From a virus, in the IMG/VR virus record IMGVR_UViG_3300020413_000006, positions 1 through 64,000 of that record: a stretch of 64,000 nucleotides of DNA; one strand, given 5' to 3'. Below the pieces are notes generated by a model that made no database searches, was not told where the DNA came from, and saw nothing but the letters and a program-made list of their open reading frames with translations. A program made the translations under genes and the position numbers. Shown here in pieces: positions 34,601-44,500 of the stretch; position 1 is the first letter of the stretch; the number at the start of each line of letters is the position of its first letter.

Positions 34601-35922
34601 AACTTACTCTGTGCAGTGTCAATTTGTGTATCACCAAATCTACTTAATATCTTTGCTGGTTTTGTTGTAGTTACAAATTCACCAGTTCCTTTACCATTGA
34701 TATAGATGTAAGTTCCATCATTAGATGCAACAACACCACGACCAACTGCCTTCTTATAAGTTACATTACTAGAAGATATAGTACCAGAACCTGATGTAAA
34801 GGTTACGGTATTATTATCTACTTTAGTTACTTGGTAGAATCCATCTGTAGCACCACCACTAATAAAGTCTGCGTAGATATAATCATTAGATACTAGACCA
34901 TGTGCTGTTCTTGTTAAAGTAACAGTGGTTCCAGATCTTGTATATGTTCCTGACTGGAATCCATCTTCCAACTGGTATGCAACTTCACTTGTGTTGAATG
35001 TACCAGCAGTACCACCTAATTTTAATCTTGTTTGTCCTGTGCCATATTTACCTGTAGCACCTTGAATACCTTGTACACCAATAGATGCAAAATAGTTGAA
35101 GCAATTTAACCACTCGACTCTAATACCATTAGTTGCAATTAAACCAATATTACCAGGTGTAATAAATGTACATTCGTTGAATAGTACAGAAGCATGTTGT
35201 GAGGATGAAGATATGTTGGCACCATCAAGCTTAGCACCACGTCCTGCATCTCCTTGTGCAAATCCATAAGGATCTGAACCAGATACTACACTACCTTTAG
35301 TTGTTACTGTAACTCTCTCAACATAAGGACTTGTAGTTGAATCTACTGATGTTCCTAATACAAAACCGTACCCAGTATCACCACTACTATCATATAAAAA
35401 ATCTTTAATTGTCAAATCAGATACTTGACAATCACCATTTAGAACTATTGCGTTATTGCTCTGCGTTGCATTCGTTGGTTTTATCTTTGTCGCACGTAAG
35501 TTTGTACCACGTACTGTAACACCATCAGGAATTGTTAGTGGAAATACTTCTTGGAATTCACCTGGTGCAATCATGATGCAGTCACCAGATGTTGCTTTGG
35601 TAAGTGCCTTTGTTATTGTAAGGAATGGAGTGTCTGGATGTTTACCATTAGCACTACCATGACCTAGCAAATCATTATCTGATCCTACTGATGCGACATA
35701 ATAAGTATTACCCTGACCATTCGTGATGTCAGCATTAAGCATCGCAGTGGTGATTTCACCAGTTGCAGGTTCAGCGTTTGCTACCTCGACTATATTAGAG
35801 CCGTCTCTGACGTAGATCTTTTTATCAGCGGTGTTTACCGCAACTTCACCATCAAGGAGTGTGGAAGTCGTCGGAGCCGCTGCTGCTGTGCTCGATCTCT
35901 TTAGCTTGATTCTCGTTGCCAT
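28642..35922 (-). CDS. 2426-aa tail-fibre-like protein: fibre anchor, pectate-lyase-like beta-helix, LamG/concanavalin-A lectin domain, GSGY repeats, cupredoxin-like module
   Basis: MATRIKLKRSS...LLDGEVAVNTADKKIY anchor; YYVASVGSD...PFLTITKAL; WTLEAFIRP...WYHVAVSR...RLFLDG...FAGNIDEIRI (LamG); NHPLSL...FYTCTQHGQSM. Confidence 0.85.
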   Translation of the reverse strand: MATRIKLKRSSTAAAAPTTSTLLDGEVAVNTADKKIYVRDGSNIVEVANAEPATGEITTAMLNADITNGQGNTYYVASVGSDNDLLGHGSANGKHPDTPFLTITKALTKATSGDCIMIAPGEFQEVFPLTIPDGVTVRGTNLRATKIKPTNATQSNNAIVLNGDCQVSDLTIKDFLYDSSGDTGYGFVLGTSVDSTTSPYVERVTVTTKGSVVSGSDPYGFAQGDAGRGAKLDGANISSSSQHASVLFNECTFITPGNIGLIATNGIRVEWLNCFNYFASIGVQGIQGATGKYGTGQTRLKLGGTAGTFNTSEVAYQLEDGFQSGTYTRSGTTVTLTRTAHGLVSNDYIYADFISGGATDGFYQVTKVDNNTVTFTSGSGTISSSNVTYKKAVGRGVVASNDGTYIYINGKGTGEFVTTTKPAKILSRFGDTQIDTAQSKFSGGSILFDGTQDNLQVPADGDFGFGTANWTLEAFIRPTSVSGIQRIFDLRNASATDTAPTVYMNGTTLHYAVGNSSQISGGTLAINTWYHVAVSRSAGTTRLFLDGTELGSSYTDTNDYGSSKPVVVGSNYDTSSPTEAFAGNIDEIRIKKAQGSYSGNFTPTTGEFSSDLFTVLLLHGGGNDATTTFTDSSGGTSDIRSSGGDSATVVTTADYAQFGAELRSAASACVYGTKGVQADGAGVKLILSGHNFGYVGSGADYTNDPSLAIQANEVEELNSGKVLYSSTDHEGDFRVGDALTVDASTGNVQFAATSSAQSAANITLSDSTGTTNIYPAYVETGNLRLAGNSVTSTSGKIILDPAGDEDITLNGQVIAPENIYFASNRLASIIGTGNSSCAFTVGSYTQAGFSSYGIFSNKNFAINKKALNLTTGLTISNEGTGYDAGQYQAPLLSNPDQVATATATLATNGSIGDITVSSGGNGLYQQTPDISANLTPVSGSISFLVSLSTAARVAQIAITSGGSGYTSPNLTLSAPPTNAFDANSAISTSGNTITFTSSWVNNGDQVTYDNNGNSDLNGLSNGTSYYVVNADTVNNTIQLSATSGGSPISLTAAATPNELHNFQGITATATATVSAGAISAITINNAGSGYVTGAAPSLTISETGAGITDASLTVNLGSQVATVSTTGNAVYTTTPTLTVTANTNDPTGSGATLSVANMTYQVASLTLNGGGYGYSEIPLVSFVGTSQTTAIASAILDTELGQVSGLTLTSGGDGYTSAPTVLINGGSGSGAQASITVLPFGGNILSGGSGYAVGTYQNVSLTGGDGTGATATLTVAGLTGTISNAGTGGTESSYQQIDIYANAPAATYTVTVANRGLFEFVAGGGFTGTVNVGNTATGGTSGATATVSYVDSGSNFAYYDLATIANGPFQQGETVTFTSGGSGVLDTAPIETYRYFIDTGSGAVEAPNLTMVRGNTYRFDMSDTTNTNHPLSLDGTSLADTVNFGVRTYGSPGTAGSFVDFVIKQNATPSTNTVFYTCTQHGQSMSESSFIAITTGTAGVYGDGGQIDVTVGASGAVTAVAFSTGGQGTGWKAGDVVRVASPSLIGNTNNFTYTINSNDTSISSLTDIVSSGSGYNIGNVLSCDDADVGAGGGSGFQFTVTKVGYASSVVLSDGGNAFFTGQTVVFDTTNFAGLGDNGSNFALTAATIDTSEVTTIASSGALKSAEYNISASGILTMGSTGNTSTVSNDAITTGTIATRGDITAQAAVSIGTTLGVNGISTLTGNLVANGTDNFVDNAKLKIQAGTAAAPAIQLAADTGSGFYRSAANELSYSGAGVQKIKMSDTVLETANNLIVDSVLGAANPYFKVDPTAETTTIGTVQSGLQINNAAEITAAGIDANIPVTITPKGTGNLILKGGTDVQFEVNDGTTAQFTIDSITGDTDIKGNLKVDTALEIKRSTINNADIGGTASFGELVACTVTGTGSGYTDGSYNAVTATGTSGLGTGATFTVVVSGGAITSVTPTAATRGYNYYIGDNITLNPTTIGSGTGNTVTVSDTQGQGLVLKPGGGKSVWVNSTGAFVIPSGTTNQRPGTSDRLAGAIRFNSTQLQFEGFNGNDFVSLGGVRDVDQDTYILTEVSPSSDEDTFEFYAAGVNCLSLDKDKFVLKNAKQFDVPGTAIFNGTSAGDPFSVTFSGANIASFRSKKDFEISNGLRFRGVPTQGTISAIGTETASTGAYGVSQSYSGVVSVAQFEGTGATFNVTTNGSGNIDQINIATGGDFYEAQEVITITGDLLGGATPANDVTFPVTTLSNTKSPFARTDVIQQDFVTRLDSKAFISLDANGSECAWKINRGWNGGTTSYLTVFDSTGDFVELDDCRVEGGQLTSFTANAAITQFDKTSYKGAKTLITIESNDGKVHMLEVTTICAAAGTTAHATVTNSVTSDNDLVDATIAVAGSNVNISLAKSSAASSSTSFTGRFTTTKVKV

Positions 35923-36073
35923 CTAAAGCATTCTCATTAGAATTTTGTTCGGTTATAGTATTTAACTGAGTTTGCAAATCAGCGATTTGTGCCTCCAGCA
36001 TCACATTTGTTAAAGTCAGTTCAGAAATTTTCTTTTGTAATGTGTTAATAACAATTTGTACGTTCATGTTCAT
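35852..36073 (-). CDS. Small coiled-coil protein
   Basis: VINTLQKKISELTLTNVMLEAQIADLQTQL; start moved to ATG 36073 (or 36067) just after the upstream stop; 3' end overlaps the next gene by ~70 nt. Confidence 0.6.
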   Translation of the reverse strand: MNMNVQIVINTLQKKISELTLTNVMLEAQIADLQTQLNTITEQNSNENALDGNENQAKEIEHSSSGSDDFHTP

Positions 36074-36078
36074 GTAGT

Positions 36079-37755
36079 TCAGAAAGTTCCACCATCGAGG
36101 GTATTTGTCCATACAGGAACGCCACCAGAAGTGACTGTTAGTACCTGATAGGAAGTTGTGGCATCGTCACCTGTGCCAGGTGATGCCATGTTAGCAGCTG
36201 AGGTTACTTGTAATGCTCCAGTATTGTTACCGTAAGGTATACCATTTGCAACAAATTGACTTACACCAGTACCACCGTACTGTACTTCTAAGTCTGTATC
36301 TAATTCTAGGTCTCCTAGTACAACTGTACCACGATTACCTGTTACACCAAATACAGTTCCTGTATCCGTTGCATCTTCAATAAATGTCCATGCACCGTTT
36401 CCATCAGCACCACCTGTACGGTCATAACCGAAGAAACCAAATTTAGCAGCTGCACCAGTGTAGTAGTGTACTTTAACACCACGGTCTAATGCATCATTAC
36501 TAGATCTAGTAACGGTTAATGTAGTACCAGATGCAATGATAGCATTGGTTGCTTGAGACAATGTAAGAGTCTTAGTTCCAGTATTGATACTAGAAATTGT
36601 TGTTGAACTAGGTATTCCAGATGCAGCAGTGATTGCGTCTCCTGCAGCAATTCCAGTTACTTTATCAACCACAATTGTAGTTGCTCCTGAGGCAGTAGAG
36701 CCTTGAGAGGTCAATACAGATGTTGGGTCTCCCAACTCAATAGTAGGATCATTAACAGACATTGAAGCACTATTAACAGTTGTTGTAGTACCATCAATCT
36801 GTAAGTCACCTTTAATAATAACTAAACCTTCAGCGTCACCACCAGCTGGAAACGGGTCAAGAATCATCTCAGTACCAGAGGTAGTAGAGATAACATTGCC
36901 ATCCATCTTCAGACTGTCGATTGTGAACTGTCCTGTTTGCGATATATCAGCGTTTATACTTGTTGTTCCGTTGAAGGTAACGCCATTCGCAAAAACCGTA
37001 GTGGAGTTAACAGTCAGATTATCGCCAGAGGCATCTCCTACTGTAGCATCCCCTTCAACGAGGAGAGACCCTACAGAGGCTTTACCAGCGATACCCGCTC
37101 CACCAGCGACTTGGAAGGCACCAGTTGTACTTGAAGTAGATGCAGTTACATCAGAAACTTTAATGGCAACGCCATTATCGTATTCCCAATCAGCACCATC
37201 TACTCTTACTTTATCAAGAGTTGTTTCATCATATCGGATTCCACCGTCTTTATTAGTACCGAAGTACAGACGCATATCATCCTGTATACGTAAATCAGGA
37301 GAACCAGCAGCTCTCTTGATATCTAATGCTGCATCTCCATCTGTAAAGACGAGTTCTACATCACCAGTTGTTCCGAATTCTAATTCTTGCCCGTCTTCGA
37401 TGACGAGTTTACCCGTACCATTGGCACGGAAAATTAAATCTGCATCAGTGGTTGATGTTGTAATGACATTTGCATTAAGAGTAATGTCGTCAACATTCCA
37501 TTGATCTATTTTTGAGTTACTATCTACTAAGACAGATGAACTCGCTGTAAGTGTACCATGGACATGATCTAACATATCCATAAAATATCTACCACCTACA
37601 ACCTGAGCAGCACCGTTATTGTCTCCGACAAATACACGGTCTCCTGCGTTTGCTTGTGTACCGTTAGCACCTGTTGTTACTGCTAGTTCACCGAACGTAA
37701 TAGTACCTGGTGCAACTGATCCAGTACTCCTTTTAATTAGGATATTTGATGCCAT
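36079..37755 (-). CDS. 558-aa tail-fibre-like structural protein
   Basis: MASNILIKRSTGSVAPGTITFGELAV anchor paralogous to the 2426-aa N-terminus; GAFQVAGGAGI and GDLQIDGTTTTVNS fibre repeats; ends LDGGTF. Confidence 0.8.
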   Translation of the reverse strand: MASNILIKRSTGSVAPGTITFGELAVTTGANGTQANAGDRVFVGDNNGAAQVVGGRYFMDMLDHVHGTLTASSSVLVDSNSKIDQWNVDDITLNANVITTSTTDADLIFRANGTGKLVIEDGQELEFGTTGDVELVFTDGDAALDIKRAAGSPDLRIQDDMRLYFGTNKDGGIRYDETTLDKVRVDGADWEYDNGVAIKVSDVTASTSSTTGAFQVAGGAGIAGKASVGSLLVEGDATVGDASGDNLTVNSTTVFANGVTFNGTTSINADISQTGQFTIDSLKMDGNVISTTSGTEMILDPFPAGGDAEGLVIIKGDLQIDGTTTTVNSASMSVNDPTIELGDPTSVLTSQGSTASGATTIVVDKVTGIAAGDAITAASGIPSSTTISSINTGTKTLTLSQATNAIIASGTTLTVTRSSNDALDRGVKVHYYTGAAAKFGFFGYDRTGGADGNGAWTFIEDATDTGTVFGVTGNRGTVVLGDLELDTDLEVQYGGTGVSQFVANGIPYGNNTGALQVTSAANMASPGTGDDATTSYQVLTVTSGGVPVWTNTLDGGTF

Positions 37756-37976
37756 TAGAAGCTACCTCCATTGATTGTCACGTTACTTAAGACATTTGTT
37801 GCTACAAATTTTGTTTGTGCTTGATCGTAGACAAGCATTGATCCGTTTGCTAATCCACCTTGAGATGTGTCTGTCAAATCTACATCAGACAGTCCACCAA
37901 GTGAACCACCACCGCCACCAGCAGCGACACGTGTTACCTTTGGAATTGATTGATCACCAAATCTTAGTCTTGCCAT
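37755..37976 (-). CDS. 73-aa small structural protein
   Basis: LGGLSDVD...NGSMLVYD...KFVAT fibre repeat and INGGSF terminus; TAATG coupling at both ends. Confidence 0.75.
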   Translation of the reverse strand: MARLRFGDQSIPKVTRVAAGGGGGSLGGLSDVDLTDTSQGGLANGSMLVYDQAQTKFVATNVLSNVTINGGSF

Positions 37977-38314
37977 TAGAGTGTTACTCCCTCAAGTACG
38001 CTTACAGAACCTTCTAACACTCGCGTCTTTTGCCCAGTGGTCGAAGTAATAACTACATCATATACATATCTCCCCGCCTTCATTGCGGTAGTGACAGCGT
38101 TGCCAAGAGATAATTGAACCTGTCCAGCAGTTGCAGGAGTCAGTATTGCTCCAGTCACAGTAGTGGACGTACTACTAGTATAGTGCTTCTTTATTTGACA
38201 TGCTACTGAATATCCAGTTAAGTCGAACAGAGTTCCATTATCATTCTCGATAGTGAAATCGGTGATAAAATCAGCACCCTGATAGATTATGAGGTTGGAT
38301 ACAGCAGAAGCCAT
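37976..38314 (-). CDS. 112-aa Ig-like structural protein (BppU N-terminal-like)
   Basis: NLIIYQGADF...FDLTGY...GQVQLSL...GRYVYDVVI...RVLEGSVSV pattern. Confidence 0.75.
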   Translation of the reverse strand: MASAVSNLIIYQGADFITDFTIENDNGTLFDLTGYSVACQIKKHYTSSTSTTVTGAILTPATAGQVQLSLGNAVTTAMKAGRYVYDVVITSTTGQKTRVLEGSVSVLEGVTL

Positions 38315-38332
38315 AGTTCAAAGAATTTCCTA

Positions 38333-38359
38333 TATTTATTTAGCTCCTGATTATTTATC
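38333..38359 (-). promoter_or_regulatory. Cluster of late-promoter-like motifs (GATAAATA, CTAAATA, AATAAATA)
   Basis: Three TAAATA cores within 27 nt upstream of ATG 38314. Confidence 0.6.
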
Positions 38360-38560
38360 CTCTTTTATAACTAAACCTTTTACTATTTCTTTTAGTTCCG
38401 CAACTTCTGCCTGTAAATCAGTCAAAGTTTTGTCTTTTTTCTTTGCGTTCTCTCTTGCTTTTAAATAAGCATCATACCCAGAAACATCTGTATTTAGAAT
38501 CGCATTTGACTCTGGATCTCTGCCCAATGATGTATGTCCTTCAACTGGCATTAATTCCAT
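38351..38560 (-). CDS. 69-aa small protein with C-terminal coiled coil
   Basis: VEGHTSLGRDPESNAILNTD...YLKAR...LQAEVAELKEIV; TAATG-coupled to the DUF4815-like gene. Confidence 0.8.
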   Translation of the reverse strand: MELMPVEGHTSLGRDPESNAILNTDVSGYDAYLKARENAKKKDKTLTDLQAEVAELKEIVKGLVIKEDK

Positions 38561-41500
38561 TATGCTAACGCGATACCTCTGAAATCTTTAACTCTAGGTA
38601 TGTATGGTTGATTGTAACTGAGTAAACTGATCTTGACTTGGAAAGCATCAAACTCATCTGTGTCTTCTATAGAATACTCATAATCTGTAAATGTAGTCAA
38701 ATCGTTTTGTGGAACTAAAGAACCGTTATCTGGTACACCTGTACTATTGAAGAATCTAAATTCTAGTTCATCTAAGTTACCTGTATATCCAACTGGGACT
38801 AACTTATACATAACAACTATCTTAGATTGTGTAAATGTATTAGCAGCAAGCATAACTTTTAGTCCAGTAGCACTCTTCTCTAGTCTTGCAACTTTAGTGA
38901 TGTAGTTTCCTGCACACTCTCCACCGATACCAGTAGTAGGTTCAATATTGTTATATTGGTTAGCGTGTGTAATAACTGAGCATCTAGTTAAGTCAACTAC
39001 AGGAGATAAGTGTGAAACTTCAGAACTTAGGTTCAACTCCATAGTTAATGACTTTGTACTATTCATTCTATTAATTTCATTTAGTTCATTTGCAACAACC
39101 TTAGTAGCACCAAAGTAGTTCTCCTCACCAACAGTAACGTCAATGTAAGTAGTATCTTTTGTAAATGATGTCTCAGCACTAGCACCAGATGGGAAAGGAC
39201 CACAAGATGTTCCACTTGTTCCTAATAATCTAGTGACCATACTGGTCTTAGGTTCTAATTGACTCTGGATCTGAGGTGTAATTGCATCCCATGGAACGTT
39301 CTGAGATACAGTTATGTTAGATCCACCACCAGTAATACCAGTAGTAGCAGTCTTATTTGTAATTTTAAGATGATAACTATGAGGACTATTAATTGATATA
39401 AGTCCACCTGTAGTAGAATTGTGTGTAGTATTAACCAATGTTAGGGGTATACCATCAAAGTTGTAGCACTGTACCACTGCATTGTCTGCGTGTGCTAGTC
39501 CAGTTCCAGAACCTGATGTACCATTATGGTTTCTACCAGCAGAGTTAATAGTAATATCATTACCAGATATTCCTTCGTATGCAAGAATTTCATCACCACT
39601 ACCATCTTCAGCAGTTCCAAGTATCTTAATAAATCCAAGATTAGATGAACTAACAGCAGATCCACCTATTGTTGTATGGAACTGAGAAGCATCTGCAACT
39701 GTCAAAGTTGTTCCAGTGGTTGTAAAATTACCACTCATATTGATAGAAGTATCTGCTACCTCTGAAGTTACTCCTGTTACCTTAACATAGTTCAATGCAG
39801 ATTGCATACCATGATTACCGTGGAATACTCTAATCTCATCACTACCAGATGTAGTCTTGAGTGTATTCGTTGCAAGGTTTAGATAACCACCATTCTGTTC
39901 TCCTAACTGTGCATTCTCTAGTATAAGTTTACTAGGTGCTGCTGTTGTTGGAAGTGTAAACTCTGCTCTGTACATCTTAAACATTAGATCTTCAAACTGA
40001 GAAGGAGTCCAAGTAGATGCGTTTTGTGACTTGAATAGAACACCGATATATGGTTGCTCAGATATTTTCTCACCTTGATGTGCTGCATCAATCGCATCCT
40101 TACCAAGAAGTGAAATGAATACCTTGAACTGATTAGAGTCAGATGTAACCACCATAGAATGCTCAGACCTATATGGAATGAATACAGGTGCTTTGAATGT
40201 AAATGTTGTTGGCACTGAAGCATCAGTAGATGTAAATACATCAGCTGCTTGCTTAACTACCTTAGAGAATGGTAATACTGTTTGTGTAGGAGTACCATTT
40301 TCTACAGTTCTAATATCAATCGCTACAGGAATCTCAGCATCTTTCTGTTGGAAGAATAAGTCAATCTTAGTTAAGAATACTCCACCTTCTAAATTAGAAT
40401 CTTCAATCAAGAATGTTTGTGCAAGTGGGTCAGTCCATCTTGTCTCTTCTGCAGATGTCTCAGTAACACTAGTTAATGTTCTGGAATCATACTGATCCTC
40501 AGATGTAATCTTAGCATTTCTAACAGAGATGATTGTCTCTTGTGTAGTCTGTAATATACCAGATGACTCAAATTCTGCCTCACCGTTAGAATCAGATATA
40601 CCAACAACCTTACTATTAGAGGCAGAGTCACTAAGTCTGAATAGTTTTGTACCTGTCTTAAACTTAAGATTACCCGCAGTATTGGGTGCATCAATAAAGA
40701 ATGAACCTCTAAGATTACCTTGTTTGTCAGTAACCATATCTTTATTAGATACTTTTGCAACAGCACCACTAGTCTCACCAACTAAGTAATCATTTAGTTT
40801 TGGTGATCCGTAGTAAGTTCCTTTTGCTTGATCTGCAAGAGATTTAGTATCAACATTAATAAATGCTAGGTTAGAAGTATAGTCTGCAGTAGCACTGATA
40901 TCTGTACCATCAAGAGGGTTAATTGAGAATACATCATTAGGTGATGATACTCTTGCCTTGAATCTAAATTTACCATTTCCTTTTTTAACATGTACAGTTT
41001 CACCAATCTGGAATGGAATATTATTTGTCTGTGCATCAGTAGATGGATCTTTAATAACACCCATAATTTTTGGTGTTACCAACTTCTTAGGTAATGCAAT
41101 ACCATCAAAGAATGCAAAGAACTTTGTCCTTGGTTTTAGTTTCTGACATGTAAATTCAATATTTCTAGAACGCATAAATTGAATATGCTCAACAGATACA
41201 ACTCTACTACCAAGAGACTGTTGTTCAACTACAGGTGTAACTCTGTATCTAATACCAGTTCTAGTTTGCTTGGTGGTTGTTGTAGCAGTTGTAGTAACAG
41301 TTCTACGTTGCTGTTGTCTACCTTTACCACCGCCACCTCTCCATGCACCAACATTCTGAGTTGTGGATGTTCCTGTCCAAGTTGTTTTCCAAGAGTTCCA
41401 TTGTATTGGAGAAAATCCATTCTGATCAGCGTTAAATTCTCTAACTGTAGTTAAGAAATTACCCTCTGTGACAGGTCCTTGGATAGGATTTAATGATGTT

Positions 41501-44500
41501 GTATCTACCCAATTATCTGATTCTGGATATAACTCTATGTCACCAACATATGTAAACACGTTGAATGGGTTGACGTTTTCCACAGCTGATGCATATGGTT
41601 GGTCAATTAATACAGAAGATGTATATGGAAGTGTTATGATATCATCTGTCTGTGTAACGTTTTGCGAAGCTGTACTGTATGTAAGAGGTACTTGAGTTGT
41701 GTAGTGTGCTGGTCTAACATAACCCTGTTCAAAATCAGTTGATACTCTATAGTCAGGATGTAATGTATCTGCAGTAGCAAGACTTGCAAAGTTATCAACT
41801 ATAAAACCATTTTTAAATCTGCTAAGACCACTAACATCTCTAATCTCCATACTTGCAGTTTCACTTTCAAGTAAAGATAATTGAGTGTAATACTCCAGAG
41901 TTTTAATTCTGTCTTCTAGATATTGAATATCTCTAAATGTATATCTCTTATAGTTTGTTTCTTCTATAGTTACATCTTCATCAATATCAAACACGTATGC
42001 ACTGTATTGTACAGTTGCTAATAACATGGCGTCTTCAACATCCTCAGGTGCTTGAGGTCTTGTGCTAGGTGCACCTTTAACTATTTGAATAACACTATCT
42101 TTACTCATGTATACCTTATCAACACGTGGTAAGTAATATTGTAAACTTAAGATAGTAGTATCGCCTATGCCAGGTAATCCAGTTAAGTTACCAGTAAACG
42201 CCCTATTTGCAAAGTCAAAGAATTTTGTTTGACTTAATGTATATGGAGATGCCTGACTACCAGTTCCTGTTAACTTCTCAGGAACGATTGGTCTGTAGTC
42301 GATCATGTCTCTCAACTTATCAGACTCATATTTTGGAATAATTTTATACTCAGATGTAGGATATGAATCTACTGTGTATGGACTTGATCCATTAGTGGTA
42401 AGGAATCTATCAAAGATAATAAGTATTTTATGTGTGGGTGCAGCAAAACCTGGTTTTCTTACAATCCTAGAGTAATCATAATATTGATCTCTCTGTCCAT
42501 CGTCTAGATCATATGTACTAGTAATGTTTGTTGAACCACTATCTACACTACCTGTAATTTTAAGGGTTGCAGTAGGTGCAGTTATTGTTTCTCCAGCAGT
42601 AAATACGTCATCCTCAACAGGTACATAGTAAATGTAATTACTTGTAGTAGATACTATTCTTGCTCTAGATCCAGAACTATCACCTTCAATTACATCATCT
42701 ATAGCAAGAGTTCCAAGTAAGTTTGTATATTGGAAATTAGGTATTACTGGATCACTTCCATTCTTAGACTCAAATACTGCTTTGACTTTAAATACATCAG
42801 CAGTACCAAGAGATATACTAGAGTCGTCTACTCTACTACCAAAACCACCAGCTACAGTTGTTAAATTATTTACAGCACTACCAGTTGTATCATCAATCTT
42901 AAGAACCTTCATACGTTCTGTGGTCTTTGCTTTTGCTGACCTGTCAGATGAATAGACAGTTCCAGTAATTGTTATATTTCCACCACCATTAGATAAACCA
43001 GTCAACGCAATAGTCTGTGTATTAGCACTTGTACCACTTATACTAAATCCATTACCAGATGATAATATATCACCATCTCCAGTTCCTGATGTGATGATAA
43101 CTTGGAAGTCATCATTATCACCACCATTCTTCCATAGTAATCCTGCTCCTGCGTTTGCAGATGCTTCACCGCTACCATTAACAGTTGTGCTAACACTGAT
43201 TCTATAGTAACCAGCAGGGTTTTGTGTGTTGTTATTATTTGTATTCTTAACCGCAGCAAACCCTAGTGGTGTTAAGAGTTTCTTTTTATTTGCTTCCTTA
43301 ATTTCTGGACGAGTTCTTATAATAGGACTTGTAAGTGCACTATTAGTTAATGCACCAGCACCAGCTTCAACTTTTTGAATAGTAAATGTGAAATTATTAG
43401 TGACTGCAGTAACTTTACATTTATGTGCTAAGTTAGCATTTGAAAATTCTATTACGTCTCCTATTCTCAATTGAGACGCAAAATTAGACAATGTGGATGT
43501 GATAGTTGCAGTTTGAGATGCACCAGATCCACTTATACCTGAGACAATAGGACCTGAGCCAGGTAATGCTACCTTGACATCTAATACTGCATCAGCAGTT
43601 CCACCACCACTATTAAAAGCATAAGATTTTACATCACCAAAACCATATTTTCTAACACCACCAGATGCAATGGTTGCAAATGTGCTACCTTGTGCATTGT
43701 TTGTTTTTAAAACTTCTCCTGCTACAAACTCACCATTAGTCTCATAGAGATATCCAGTAGTACCACTACCAGATACAACAAAACCTACAGCACCACTAGT
43801 AGCACCATATAAAAGATTTCCAGCTGTCCATGTAACACTACCTGTCGCTACTATTTTAACGTAGAACTGTGTGTCTATGACATTTGTACGGTAAACCGAA
43901 CTTTGATTATTAATTGCTCCAGATTCATAAGAGAAGTTTATTGCTCTTGCTTGACCAATGACTGTACCAGCTGGTGTGCCAGGTGTAGCAGTCAGTGCAT
44001 CCCTAAGTTCTATAGTTTCATATAGTGTAGGTGCTTGATGCTGATTAGTAGTGAGAATATAGTTACCAAAATCAGATGTAAGAGATTGATTTAATTCTGT
44101 CTCAAATGTACGTGGTTTATCTATTTCTTTATATGTTGTTGATATCCTCTCAGTTCTGTAACCCTGAACATATGCACAACCTGAAGATAATTGAATAGCA
44201 ACATTCTCTTCACTAGGGGTAGTGCCAGCAGATGTTGTATCTGTTGCAGCATATACACCATTGTTAAATCCATCATCTAAACTTTCTCTAGCATCGAGTT
44301 TAAATTTCTTGACGTAATAGTTTCCAGACTCTTCTTTAGTTCTAGTGGCAAGAATATCATTGATAAAACTTAGATCACTACGTTCTACCTTCTTTTCAAT
44401 CTTACCAATATTAGTTCTAAGTAACTCAATAAAGTCAGCAGAGTTAGGTGCTGAAACGACTTTTTTAACTAATGTTAAGTTGATCTTAAATCTATCTGCA

